A DNA stretch of 62,297 bases, filler included, from Bipalium vagum (GCA_037834085.1; 3 parts of 3 records of this genome joined end to end with filler, not necessarily neighbours in it), one strand, 5' to 3'; positions 38,601 to 52,500 are shown, numbered from the whole stretch's first letter. Made by a program: numbers and translations. Notes: generated by a model not told the origin, from the letters alone.

Positions 38601-40792
38601 TAATTTTTTTAATTAATGAATTTTATAAATATAATGTTTTTAATTTAATTAAAATTGAAAAAAATAATATAATTTTAATAAAGTTCAACACCCACTTATA
38701 TTTTATTTTAATTTAAACTATCTTTATTATTTATTTAATTAATCCAGTTCTGGTTTTTATTTTTCACATAGCTGTAAATATTAATTAATTAATTAATTAA
38801 TTGGCTAATTGATTTGTAGTTAGAAAGTGAGAGATAGTTCAACTGATGTCAATTTTATGATGATTGGCAATTCGTTATATTTTTTCAATTAATGACTGAA
38901 AAATTTTATATTTATAAATTATTTTAATATTTATTTTAATGAAGCTGGAACGTTCCAGTGTTTTTTATAAATAAGGTAATTTTTACTAATTTGTCCATCA
39001 ATACCTCTGAAGTTAATTAATTAAGTCATTAAATATTTTTCGAATATGTTCTCAAAGGTTTCATGAAAAAGCCTAGGTTCAACTCGACCTCTTTACTTCG
39101 CCTTTAATTAGGAGAAGCCTTATTATTGAATTTTGTTTTTTAATGATTAAAAATTGATATCGACATGTAAACAGAATCATTTTTATTTTTATTTGAGTTG
39201 TTATATTATTGTTTGCCAAAAATTACTTTTCTTAAAATAATTGTGATTTTCCTCTTTTAAGGATAATGGATATATTATCTAAAAAAATGATTTTTTATTT
39301 TGTTGTTTTACTAGAGTAAAGAATGATCAGCAATGTAAATTCTTCCGGGAAAATATTGTTATATCATTTTCATAATATAATAACTATTATGAGTTAAGTG
39401 TTTAAATTATTTTCTGTAAAAAAATCATTCGATAACGTTATTTTTGCTTATTTCACAATTAATTAATTTACTTATTAATAAATGAATAATTAATTCAGGC
39501 TGACTAGAAGTACAATTTCCAGTTCCCAAACATTAATTTGTTTAAATATTAATTAAACATTTTATTATGATTTGATTAAATTAAAATTATTGAGTTAAAT
39601 AACATAATTTATCTCCTAGAGTAATATTTATAATATCTGTAAGTTTTAGTTTTATTTTACATCAGTAAAATAAATAAATAATTGGAATTAAAAAATTATA
39701 ATAAAGTTATTAAATAAATATTTAAATAATAAATTAAATAAAAATAAATAATTAATTATTAAATAATTACTTAAATAATATATTATTTAAACAATTAGAT
39801 AAATATTTAAAAATATGTTATTAACATTATTTTTGATTGATATATTTTATTTATATATTTATTTAAAATATTTTACAGTTTCCTAATTTTTTATAAATTG
39901 CAAAATAAAAATAAATCATCTGTTAGATTTTATTTTTATTTTTTTATTAAAATTATTTTGTTTATTCTTCTTTGTCTTTTAAAAATAGAAAAGGATGTCG
40001 CATGCATTGGATTTTCTTTTCTTCGCAACAATAGGGAATCTCTTTTAGAGTGTATTAAAACATACGTCAAGAAATGAAAAACATTTTGAAACAATACATT
40101 CAATAATTAGAGCTGAACGAACCTCCATGGAGCTTCCAATATGTAGAATGACAAGAAAGGAAAATAATTGTTTGATTCATTTCAACTTCAGAAACAAATT
40201 TAAACTTTTACATCCAGAAAAACAACAAACAAAAAGCTTTATCGGTTTTGTCCGTCTTTGATCAACAACAAAAATTAGTCTTTCTATAATCACGAAGTGT
40301 TCGAAAATGGCGATGGCAAATCTGAGATGAGATCCTTTTTACTCTCTTTAATCCGAGATCTGAATTATTTCCTTCCTTCGGTAAAACCTTAAAGATCGGA
40401 ACTTTGCCCTAACTGCTTATAATGACTTTTAGAAATTCAGATAGTTCTTTCTTTTCTTTTTCTCATTGGAGACCATTTTGCAGATTGACCATCATCATAA
40501 TAAAAGCTATTATTTTCTTTCAAAACCTATGATGTATTAAAAATGTTGCTGTTGCCTATTTACTATAAACATTTCTAATTAAAATAAATTTTTAAAAAAT
40601 TAGTTTTAACTAAAATTAAATATTCTTAAATTATTTAAAATTGGACCAGAAAATTATAAAATATGAAGAAAGTTTTTTGATTTACGATTTTTAATGAATC
40701 TGTTATTTTCGTTCTAATTAATCCTATTCATTTATTTATTACAACATTTAGCAGCAATTGGATATTTAGAACTATTCAGACATATGATATTA

Positions 40793-40960
40793 AAATTATT
40801 TATTAATTTTAAAAAAATCATTTATTAATTTTAAAAAAATTATTTATTAATTTAAAAAAATTATTTATTAATTTTAAAAAAATTATTTATTAATTTTAAA
40901 AAAATTATTTATTAATTTTAAAAAAATTATTTATTAATTTTAAAAATTATTTATTAATTA
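40793..40960. repeat. ~22-nt AT-only minisatellite (TTATTTATTAATTTTAAAAAAA)n, about 7-8 copies
   Basis: Directly visible tandem array. Confidence 0.9.
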
Positions 40961-41030
40961 ATTTAAAATTTATTTTTAAATAGACGCATTTCAATAGTTT
41001 TGAACAAATTTTTTCCAAACATTTATTATC

Positions 41031-41072
41031 AAGAAACATGTTTCGAACTATTATCAGTTCATCATCAGTTTT
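41031..41072 (-). ncRNA. Minimal hammerhead ribozyme in a solo Penelope pseudo-LTR fragment
   Basis: Reverse complement reads AAAA-CUGAUGA-U-GAACU gauaau AGUUC-GAAA-CAUG-UU-UCUU. The core is intact, stem I is weak, and the 3' flank is similar to 20090-20140. Confidence 0.75.
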
Positions 41073-41329
41073 ATAAATGTGGTCTGTCGTTATCGTGTTT
41101 CAAAATGATCTAAACATGTTATGTCTTATGTTATATTGTAGTTTCTTGCTAATTATTGCTCGACTTAAATTGAATACTTTTTATGATATCAATCATGAGG
41201 TTAATTTTCAGATTGTTTGAGAATCCCATGGTACATTAGTCCCGTTTTGTGTCACCAGATACATATCATCACTTAACTTCTGTTCGTCCATATTTTTATT
41301 GTCGATTGATGGTTTTCCGGGCATCTTCC

Positions 41330-41830
41330 ATGATTTTCTGCACTTGTGATTCTTATACCACACTTATTTTTTATCACCAGTTATAATTTGATTGCAAAAT
41401 GAATCCTTGTAAGTAACATTTGGCAAACAGTTTTGTAATTTTCTTGCTTCCTTTCAGTCAAATCATATGGTATTCATTTTCCATACTTTTGGATCATCTC
41501 CAATTCGTGTATCTGTTTACCAGCAGTTGAATTGTCAATATTCAATGTCTGTGCTATTTCTTCAAGCATTTGGTATTGTTCTTTTTTTTATAATTCCTAG
41601 TAAATCATCATATTCGAACTTCTTTGGTTGTCCTGAACATTTTTTGTCTTCGACTCTAAAGTCTCTTCGCTTAAATATTCGATACCATTCTCGGTATGTT
41701 GGTTCGGAGATGAAATATTCATCGTAAGCTTTAGTCATTAATCTATTGGCTTCGTCTGTTGATTCCTTTAAATTGTTCAAAAATAATAATGATTTCCGAA
41801 ATGCTGTTTTCTTGGTCTATCATTTTGCAT
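41330..41830 (-). mobile_element. mariner transposase 5' half, decayed
   Basis: EANRLMTKAY...TYREWYRIFKR.DF.VEDK..SGQPKKFE, followed by IITGDKK. Confidence 0.85.
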
Positions 41831-43699
41831 TTTCACTAAAATAAATAATCCATATAATCAGTTAAAACAAATACTTACTAGTAAATATCTTATAGATAGT
41901 GTGTGGTCTTCTTCTGTTGTAAGAGGACATGTTTTCTGTTGATTAATTTTGGGTAACGTTGTGGCATTATTTCATTAACACGACTTACTGTTGACTTTAG
42001 ACGTTATCTGATAACCGTCTGGAATTAATTCAAAATCGCAAAGTTCCCTCATAACCAGAACCTAGAGTGATTAACGAATGAGAACAATGGTTCAAAAGAC
42101 AGAAGCATTTTTTTGTTATCAACTGACATAATAAATTCATTCAATTAGTTCCTGTGATAATTGCCTTGTCTGCCCGATTTCGGCTTATCTAAAATGGTCA
42201 TATACGCGCTTTCAAATCCACGATACTAAGTTTGTGCAAACTTGCAAATCATAGCATTTTCACCTTCAAAATCTCATATTACTTCAGATGATTTCACTCT
42301 TTTTTCAATAATGGCGTAGGATACCTCAGAATTACAATTTTGTAAATCCCCATTTCTTGCATACTAAATTAATCTAAAATTACACTTTATTTATAAATAG
42401 TCATAAGCAAAGAATTCGGATAAGCAAGAGCTACAGATTGATATCAAAGTTATTATAAATATACATATTTTTAGCGTTAAATTTTAATGTTAGGCTTTTC
42501 ATGATAAAATGGTATTTCACTAGTGGAACAACCTAATAATTTAAATTAAACTAAGACTTTTTCGTATTTCTAAAAACCATTAAATTTATCTGTTCATTCA
42601 CTTGAAAGCAGAATTGTCCCAAGATTCTTTGAAACCATTTATCGTTTGTATTTCTATTTAATTTACGTCAACACAATATTTTCTAGAGCATCCTTCTTGA
42701 CCAGAAATAATAATTTGTTTTAATTAAACAATTTCAACAATCTATTTTAGACGCTTTCTTTAATAGGGAATAATAACAAAATAAATTCTTTCTCTAAAGG
42801 AAATGAATAAAGTTTTCAATGTACTGAAAATTATCAAAAAGAAGCCATGACATTAATCTTGTTTTTGGCCATAAGCCAAAGGATTTTTGTAAATATAATT
42901 TTTAATCTCCATATTTTTTAACATCAAAAACTTATAATCTTTCATTTATTAATTAATAATTATTAAATCCGACTTTGAAATACAAGCCAATAACATTTAT
43001 AATATTAATTAAATACTAACAAGAACATTGTAGTATGACAAAGTAAATTTATTTTTACTTTATTTATTTTTACCTTGGGAATATTATGTGAAAACCCCCT
43101 ATTAATGGGTCCGTGTCATATTGATTATTAATATTAATTTTCCAATTATCGAAATAATTACTTGAGGGAAAGTCCTAAAGAGGTAATTGCTATGTATGGA
43201 AAACTTGTTATATTGCATGGGTATTGATAATCAGAAATCATTTTGCGCTTTGAGCTTTACAAAGGAAAACCGGTGGAAATGAGTTGCCGCTTTCGGAGAC
43301 TATGAATTAATATAATAATGAAATAATATTATGTATAAATAAAAAGTTTAAAATTTTAATCAATATTTACTTTTAATTCTATATTGGTAAAGTCTAGATG
43401 GGTTTACCCAACTGTTGTTTATAATTATTTATTGGTTATTATCTCGTTCAAGGTGAAATGAAATGACTTGGTAATTCACTGATAGATATGAAATACATGG
43501 ACTTGGTTCATATCATAAAATATTATATATTATTGATCAAATTTTAGAGTGAACTAAAAGTTCGTGCGTGTTTTTGAAAGCTTTTATATTTTATTGATTT
43601 CAGCAAATAATACATCATTTTATAGACTTTTAAATTAGCTTTAATATGAACTGTAAAATATATCTCAAAAGTTGTTTTCCTAGTCAAAACGTTTATGTT

Positions 43700-44340
43700 T
43701 TAACAATGTAGAAATGATACTGATTTTGTGTCATTACTGCAAACAGTACTTAAATGCCAAGGAAGCAACACAGGAATGTTTGACATTGACAGAAAAGATG
43801 TCGCAATTTGTACAGTCCAAAAATATTTCAAAAAAAATTTAAGAATCACACCAGCCTATAGAATGAGCCAAGTTCCGGTGGACTTTTAATTGTGGATTCC
43901 AAGTTTTGCTCGAAGCGTTTCAGAATGATCCATTAACCAGCTGTCGTATATTGTCACCTGCATGAACTTAATGACGTCAGTCAAAGCTGTCGTTATGTCT
44001 CTCATGAATTATCCAAAAATCAATCAAAACAATGATTGACATGAGTCGGAAACTGATTGAAAATCTCTGTGAAGAATTTTTCTTTCGAAAAGTAGTTACT
44101 TTCGATATAAAGTGGATATATTTTCATAATGCTGACAACAGAAAGCAATGGTTATACCTAGGTCAAATGTCAAAAGCAGTTCCAAAGGGAGACAAAGTTT
44201 CTCAGAAAAGACTTTATTGTTTGTTTGGTGGGACTTCAACGGCATGATCCACTCCGAAGTTGTTCCACACAAACAGGTCATAAATGGGTTCAGTTGGACC
44301 GAATGTATGTTGTTTTACGCAGTTTCATTTGATTTTTCTT
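43700..44340 (+). mobile_element. mariner remnant
   Basis: KVVTFDIKWIYFHN..NRKQW and LLFVWWDFNGMIHSE. Confidence 0.8.
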
Positions 44341-45155
44341 AAATATAAATTGCAAAACTGTCGACTTGATTGAGGATTAGGATAATAAAAAACAAAAAAA
44401 AATATTAATTTTTTTATGTAAAAAATCTTAAAAGTTTGTATTTATTTATTTATAAATATTAAATAATCAAATATCTTAATTATCATTTATGATATTTTGA
44501 TATTTTTGATCAAGGGGATTAATTTCGCTGTATAAATTGACTAAGATTGAAATTTTAATCTGAAAACATTTTTGTTAAATAATAAATAATACAAAAAAGT
44601 GAAAATGATTCTGATTTAAAATTAATAATTTTTTTTGTTTTTTCATAAAAATATTTTGTTTTAATCACGTATGTTAGTTTAAATATAACTTTGTGAAAAA
44701 TTTTAAATATTATTATTTTGAAAAATATTTCTTCAGAAATAAAATAAATAATGGAAAAATAATTTAGAACAAATAAAATTTTTAATGTGAAAATATCGAA
44801 TGTCTTCAATGACAACAGAATGTGACTTAAAATTATTTGATTAAAATAATTTTAAATTATGTAAAAAAATATAAAATATTATGTTAAAAAGAAAATATTA
44901 AAATAAATATCCTACAGAAGTATTAAACATTATGATTCAAAAAGAAATATTTTTACATATTCTCGTAAACTAATTTCACATTATTTTCTTTATGTTTTAT
45001 AATATATTTTATTTTCCTCAAATATTTTTGTATTTGTATTTTGTATTTCTTGAAACCTATCTAGATTTTATAGATATATTATGGGTGTTATTAATACTTA
45101 TTTATTTCTTTCACTACTTGCTCTATTTTACATATTTAATATTGTCACCATTTAC

Positions 45156-45232
45156 TACAGTAGTCGCCGCTTAATGTGATCGCTTTGGGACCATTCCTTT
45201 TTGATAACAATATCCGATTGATAACATTATGC
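45156..45232 (+). mobile_element. pogo/Tigger-like terminus
   Basis: TA-CAGTAGTCGCCGCTTAATGTGATC...TGATAACA repeats; runs into the gap. Confidence 0.55.
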
Positions 45233-45332
45233 NNNNNNNNNNNNNNNNNNNNNNNNNNNNNNNNNNNNNNNNNNNNTTAATTAATTAANNNNNNNNNNNN
45301 NNNNNNNNNNNNNNNNNNNNNNNNNNNNNNNN
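45233..45332. other. Artificial assembly linker (44N-TTAATTAATTAA-44N)
   Basis: Identical to 23268-23367. Confidence 0.95.
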
Positions 45333-46668
45333 AGCGCTAAAATGAATAATAAAACAAATATATATAAATTTAATCTTACTATTTTATTAAGCAATCTACG
45401 TAAAATTTTTTACAAAAAATCAATAGTTAATTAATTCTTTTTAAAAAACGTTATTTAGCTTTAATGTTGATATAACAGAAACTGTCATTTTTTATGGGAC
45501 ACCATAATAATATACAATACACTTGACCTAGATATTATACCTTAATAAAATTATTTAACATGAATGTAAATAATTATGTGGTGTTAGAAAAATTATGACG
45601 ATCAGTATATGTATAAATTAGTATAACCAATCTAATTTGGAGTTAATAATATGTTACATAATAATTCTGTTTGCCATAACCTTTTGGACCAATTATCAAC
45701 ATTCTAAAAAATTAAAATAAAATTTTATGATGATTTTTATTTCGGTATTGTCATCTGCAAATCAATCTTATAATTAAAAAAAATCAAATTCAATATAATC
45801 TTCTTAACTTCTGCTGCTCTTCTCAATTCTGAGAGTCATTGGAATTAAAATTCAAAGAAGACTTCCAAGAACGTCTGCCACTTGAACGTTCTGCAAGCTG
45901 GAAGTAGTTCGTGGGTCTATCCACGAAGACATTCAATGATTCTTATTAGAGAGCTGACAGAAAATCTCATAAAGCTCGTTAGAGCATGAAAGTAAATAAT
46001 CTCCTTTATGGAAGTCATTTAAGTTTATTAAAAGGGTATTATTAATATTGACATCAGAATCTTATTATACTTATTTTATTATTACTATCAAGATAAAACC
46101 CGGAAAGATGGGAGGAATGATTTTAATATTTCTATTTCGATAATTTGAGACTTCTTTTTTAAAAAGTAAAATTAAATCATATCCCGATCCATTGTGGAAA
46201 TGAAGTGGAATAAAACAGTTTTAATGATTTATCATTAATATTACATTTATTATGAGGAGCTGTTCTATATTTCCCATTTAAGTAATTATGATTAAAATCA
46301 ATCGTTACTATCAAAATCACGATGGGGGTCTCCTTAGTGGAAGCGGGTGTTAATGAACATTCACAATATTTCGGTTTTTAAGATTTTAAAGGCTCTCTTT
46401 AAGACGTTATCACATATGTAAATAACAGAGAAAGTAAAGGACCTCGGTTGAAAAGGCTAAGTATCCTAATGGTCTTTTTATTCAATTTTAACTTTTTAGA
46501 GAACCCTTTCGTCTGAGTTTTAAAATAGACTTCAATATTAAAAAAGAAACTGCCATAAAGTGTATAATGAAACAAAATGAGGAAAAATAAAAGCTGAGAA
46601 ATACATCGATCATGTTCAAGGGTGAAATAAGTTACTACAGAGGTATATCAGTGCAGGTGAAGGGGTGA

Positions 46669-48470
46669 TCATTTCCGGTGACAGCGCTCTTTGATGGACA
46701 AGGCGCATACCGTTATCAAACACTCAAAGATCTCGAATATGCTGATGACACTCATACCTATCCACAGTCCCAATATGGCTCCGAAACTGGATAAAAACCC
46801 ACTCAGAGGATAAGACTCTTTCTCTTCCAGCAACATTCCAGCTGGGGCTTTAGGAGAAATGACAATACTGGACAATTTTCCATAATTAAGGGATTTAAAA
46901 GCCCTAACATTAAACAAACTTAATTCCGTCTCGGAGACATTGTAGAGCTTGGACTTATTTTCAATGATCCTACCCAGGTCGTTCATGATATCTATGCTTG
47001 CATTTTCGATTCTATCCGTTTTCATCATGTACCAGATGCTGTAGAAGACAGCGGCGCAGGAAAAGCTTTTGGTCACACACATTGGTTTGCATTGACCTTC
47101 GTCTGTCCACAGATCCATGTACTTATCATGACACTCCGATCTCTCTTTTAACCTTGTCGTTTCCTCGTGTTGGAGAATCTTTTCCTGAGAGGGATTACTC
47201 TTCAGAAACTCGATGTACTGTCTGCTCATTTTATGGCAAAACTTTAGGGTCTCTATTCGCTGGGTGTCATCGGTTTTGGGAATCGGTAACGTTTCTGAGT
47301 AGCACTGGCAGTTGTCTTTGATGAAGTTCTGCTTGCTGAGCATTTGACATAGGCTCACCGTATAGGAAAATTGCACAGGTTTGTTGGCGTAGCCGATGAC
47401 TTCGTATTTCCCAGGGTCGACCAGGCAAGAGTTGCCGTAGAGTAGCAATTCCTTGATCTTGATATCTACTAGAATTCTCGACGTGTGCTGACGGAGAGTG
47501 GAAATGCGATTGGCATTGAAGTCTGGGTACTCGTCCCTCAAATTAAACGTTACATAAACCTTTTTCTCCACAACCAAGTCGGCGTTTTTGTGGGTCTTAA
47601 TGGACTGATCAACTGAAGATTCATGAAAGTAGGCAAAGAAAACGTTTTGCTTTGTGAATTTGATTTTCTTCTCCGTGTAAGGAATTTCGATCTTCACACA
47701 CAACGACAAATCGTGAATCAGAAAGGGAGTCGTGGAACATTTGAGGATTTCAAAAGCTTTGCAGATGACACTGAAGTCTTCAGGTAGAACCAGCTGGTTG
47801 AACTCATACGCATAGGGGGCAAACGAGAGTCGGCTTTTCAGTTTTATATCTTGGGTTGGATGCAGATTCGACCAGACCATATTGAATAAATTGAAGAAGC
47901 CTACCAACGTCAAATTGTAGCCAATTTGTGGAGGAACTCGAAAAAGCTTGACATACGGACCTTCGGGACAAACGACTATCGATGGCATCTCAAATGGAAC
48001 CGAATTCTCCGTGACCTCAGTCTGAACATCGTGGGACAAGTGATCGAGAAGCAGGGTCACAAAATGGTACGACAGACCGATCAAAGCCACCACGATAAAT
48101 ATAAGCCAGGTCACTTTACCGGCGACATGTCTCGTATTGGATACTTGGAGAAACCCGTGAGTGGTGGTGGAAGTGACAAACCTGTAAAAGTATGACCTTA
48201 CGGAAGTCTCCTTTGAGGGGTTGTCATTGTTTTCTGAATAATTACCCGTTTCTTTGAGATTTTCTAAGTAACAAAACGAACATGAATAAGTAGAAGAATA
48301 AACGAATCTCAGTGACCTTTCCAAGTCATCTTAGTCAATAATATTATTTATTATCATTATTATTATATTACATTATTAGATTACATTATTATTCTAGTCA
48401 TTAAATCAAAGGTACTTTGGTCCGATACATCGAGATTGGTCGTCGGAGATTGGAGGTCTGTTTCATCCAT
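46669..48470 (-). CDS. DEG/ENaC (amiloride-sensitive sodium channel family) subunit, ~549 aa, 2 exons
   Basis: Exon 1 48470-48416 (MDETDLQSPTTNLDVSDQ), a 152-nt GT-AG intron, and exon 2 48263-46669. Contains the STTTHG motif, TM1, MPSIVVC, a Cys-rich thumb (C...C.C, C.P.C) and TM2 FGAILGLWIGMSVISIFE. Confidence 0.93.
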
Positions 48471-48471
48471 G

Positions 48472-48506
48472 ATACTGTAAAGAGAAACCTACAGGAGCTT
48501 TATATA
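48472..48506 (-). promoter_or_regulatory. TATA box and Inr-like element of the DEG/ENaC gene
   Basis: TATATAAAG at 48506-48498 and ACAGT about 30 nt downstream, a few nt before the ATG at 48470. Confidence 0.55.
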
Positions 48507-49779
48507 AGAGAGAAATCCAGCGTCAAAGCCCACCACTGTGAAAATGTCACTGCAACGATGGAGGCAGTGTCAAACTGTGGACAGAACAATTAAAATGCTC
48601 CTTTCAGATGGTACAGTGTTCACAAGAAAATGGCAGTAGGACGTCTTGCAACATGTCTTTCGCCCGAAGATGGAAAGTGAATTTGTTATGATAGAGGGGT
48701 GTGGCCATGTTTCACTGAGCTGCCACTATATTTTCCCATAAATAATAAATAGATAAAATATGTTTTCGACTTCATGTATAAAACTTTATTTATTTATATT
48801 TTATATATAAATTATGGGACCAATAGTTTTTATTTGTGGTCATTTTTTCGGTCTTTTTGTCAGTAAAAAGTAATAAATATAAATAGAATAATATTATTTT
48901 TATATATTATTATTAATATTTGTATTAACCAAGTCAACTTAGACCTGATCCAAATATCGTTCATCGTTGTGCTCGTTAGAAATCATCAGCCCTTTAAAAA
49001 TCAATAAAACGTAAGTCTAAGCCTTTATTTAATCGAACCTCAGCTACACAATATGTCAACTAATTGCAGAAATCACCGGAGTTCATAAAATAATGACAGT
49101 CCTCCAGCATTCGCAACAAATGCACATAATCTCTCTTAAAATAAAAAAAATAAAAGAGTCTCTTCATTTAAAAAAATTGACGATTATCCTTTTCTTTCGT
49201 TATTTCGGCCATCAAATCGCAACAGTTGATCTCAGTTCAATTTAAAACGTTTACTCCTTCCCTTATTGACGAGTTAGACTTTTTCTGCGTCTCTCAATTT
49301 TGAGAGCTTTCTTTNNNNNNNNNNNNNNNNNNNNNNNNNNNNNNNNNNNNNNNNNNNNNNNNNNNNNNNNNNNNNNNNNNNNNNNNNNNNNNNNNNNNNN
49401 NNNNNNNNNNNNNNNNNNNNNNNNNNNNNNNNNNNNNNNNNNNNNNNNNNNNNNNNNNTACTTTGGTCAACCCAACACAACAGTGAATTCAATCATAAAT
49501 CTAGTTGAGTGAAAAGCTTTAAAAATGTTTTACCTTTTGAAGAATGTTCCTTTTCTGAAGATTTATTTCATGATGATTATAATCTAAAATTTCTAAATTT
49601 TGAAGGTTGTAAAACAATTATTAAAATTTTCATTATTATGAAAAACATTTAGGAAATTTAAAATTTCACCAAAAGATAAAACCGAAAAAATATTAATTAT
49701 TGTTTAAATCTCATTTTCGAAACAATAACAAATAATAATGATAATTATAATGTCAAACTAACACCTTTATTTACTTTAA

Positions 49780-52240
49780 TTTTTTCAGGACATGGCTGTT
49801 TATCTTTATGAAAAAAATATGAAGTAGTAAATCAATTATTTATAAGATTAGAAGAAATTATACAATTAGAACAAACATTGTATTGAAGATGTAGTTTTGA
49901 AATTTTTAATTATATCAAAACCATCAAGAAGATGAAAATATTATATTATTATTATAATAATTCTAAAAAATGTAATAATACAAATTTTTGCAAAATATTC
50001 TATTATAACATTATTCTAAATAATGATACAATTTGTTTAGCAAGATCAATAATAACTTCTATAACTTATGGCAACGGAACAAATAGAAAATAATTTAATT
50101 TTGATGAACGAGATAAGAGAATAGGACATATTAGAAGAGATGATTCAATTCATGAAGAGTATGCTATGCAATTACAAAATATGGCTCAAGTAGTAATTAA
50201 GAAAAATAGAAATGATTTAAAAATTTTTAAACGTAAAAATTATTATTCATACTACTAATAATAATGAATCTATTTTAAAAAAAGGAAACGAAAATTTTAA
50301 AAAGCAAATTTTTATTTATTCTGATCAAGAAAACCATCATTTAATTTCAATTTCAACAATTTCAGCTTGTGTACAATCACAAAAGTATTTTCTTGATTGT
50401 TTAATAGGATTTCAAAATTAAAATACATGTAAAACAACTAATTGTAAATCTTGTAGAAATAAAAATTTTTGTAACATTTGTAATGAAAAATATTTCAAAT
50501 TATATCAACACAAATGTGGCTATAAGAATTGTGCAATTTGTAATGAACAACATATACCACCATTTAATAATCACAAATGTTTTTTGAAAAATAATGAAGG
50601 AAAATTTAAATAAAGTAATAAATATTTATTTTTCGATTTTGAGGCCACACAAGAAAATGCAGGTTATCATGAAATCAATTATGCAATCGCTTTTGATAAA
50701 TAAAGAATATAATTTATAAAATTCAAAATAATACAATTACTTTTAAACTACTACGGAATGTGAATTAGAAGATTTAACAGCTGATAATATTTTAAATAAT
50801 TTTTAAATAATAAACTTAAATAATATTAACAGTTGAAAACTAAATTTCTGTAGTTAATACTTTTTGTAAATTTTTTATTTGTAAAAAAATATATAGATTT
50901 AAAAAAATATACTTTTATAGCATATTATGCAAAACGATATGATAAGCATCCGATATTAGATTGGTTTATTCAAAATAAACTACTAATTGAAAAAATTAGT
51001 TCTGGTAGTAAAATAACTTTTATGCAAATAGAACATTTTAATACTAGATTTGTTGATTCAATACATTTTACTTTATGTCCCTTAAAAGCTTTTCCTGAAA
51101 CATTTGGTTTTCAAGATTCTAAGGGATATTTTCCATATTATTCCAATGCAAATTAACATTAAAATTACATTGGAAAATATCATGGTTATAATTATATGAG
51201 TAATAATAATAATAAAAGTTATTAAAAGAATATCATAAAGAGAAAATAAAAAATTCCGAAATATTTAATTTTCAAATTCAAAGGTTTTATTATTGTTTAT
51301 CAGATATAAAGATCTTAATTCAAAGTTGCTCCTTTTATAGAAATTTATTTTTAAATATAAATATATCAGAAAATAAAAAATTAAATATGAATCCTTTTCA
51401 ATTGCTCAAATTCGTACAAAAATATTTATGTTCATGATAAATAATGAAGAAATCGAAATTCCAAAATTAAGTAATTTTGAAAATATATTCTTATATATTC
51501 ATTGGCTAGAATATTTTATTAAAATAAAAAATATAAATATTCAACATACAAAAAGAGGAGAAGAAAAAACTATAGGAGTTAATGACAGTAACAAAGATCT
51601 CTGAAGCAAAGCTTCAAAAACCTATAAAGCCGAAGGATTTTATTATGATGAACAAAACAAAATATTTTGTATTTATGAATTTAATGATTTTTATTTTCAT
51701 GGTTGTTTAAAATGTTATAATAAATAAGCAATATGTAAAAGAGGAAATAAAACAATAAAATTTTTGAATAATCGAACTTTATAAAAAAAGAATAATATTT
51801 GAAATTTAAAATTAGAATTTATAGAAATATGTGAATGTGAATACGATAAATATAATTTAGAAAATCTTGATTTAAAACAATTAAAAATTGATTCAGAATA
51901 TCTCAACTAAAATTTAAATATGCATTTTATGGAGGAAGAACAGAACCTTTAAAATTATATTAAAACAGGAAAATAATAAAGTAAAATATATGTAGATTTT
52001 GTTACATTGTATCTAACTGCAAATAAATATGATGAATATCTAATTGGACATTTCATAAAAATATTCAATATTTTTCCCGAAGAATATTTAAATAGTAATA
52101 TTTGTAATAATTACTTTGGAACTATGAAATATAAAATTTTGCCTCCAAGAAATGTACACTTATTCGTCTTTCCTTATAAAAAACAAATAAGAAATGCTCA
52201 CAAATTCCTTTTTTTGCATGGTTTCCGTTCAATCTCTCAA
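49780..52240 (+). pseudogene. Polinton pPolB (type with internal YEF.G..FHGC domain), heavily decayed
   Basis: Ordered motifs: NNDTICLARSI, Cys-rich region, FFDFEATQE, AHYAKRYD, FVDS..F..PLKAFPETFG, KGYFPY, YCLSD, YEFNDFYFHGC, AFYGGRTEP, YVDFVTLY, KILPPRN. Many stops and frameshifts. Confidence 0.9.
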
Positions 52241-52249
52241 TTATGGATG

Positions 52250-52500
52250 AGGTTGTAAAACAAACAACTTTGCTGTTTTCAAAGGATCCCACTGCTATTA
52301 AGACAGAACCCATTATATCTATTATGATTGGAAATGCCTGTGTTTTATTAATGACACTAAAATATTTTACTTCTTTCAAATTCAGAGCACGTAATTGAAA
52401 TTTATTATCATCTGAAACTATTTATATATTTTCGATTTTTCTAAAATTTTCTAACGTTTTTCCATAAAATGAATTATTAATTAATTTGAAAACAAATCAC
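52250..52500 (-). pseudogene. Fragment of a second pPolB type (motif B region)
   Basis: KLIINSFYGKTLEN.RK resembles KL.NNS.FGKTMEN.R, followed by VG..ENSK. Confidence 0.65.

Noticed and set aside
39990-40500. Possible transposase remnant on the minus strand
   Set aside because: Only a CxxH-like scrap (ICHRHF) is visible; the family cannot be assigned.
40793-40960. CRISPR-like array
   Set aside because: No unique spacers, no cas genes and a eukaryotic context; it is a simple minisatellite.
46998-48195. Plus-strand ORFs opposite the DEG/ENaC gene; minus-strand ORFs at 55225-56562
   Set aside because: Antisense shadows of GC-richer coding exons.
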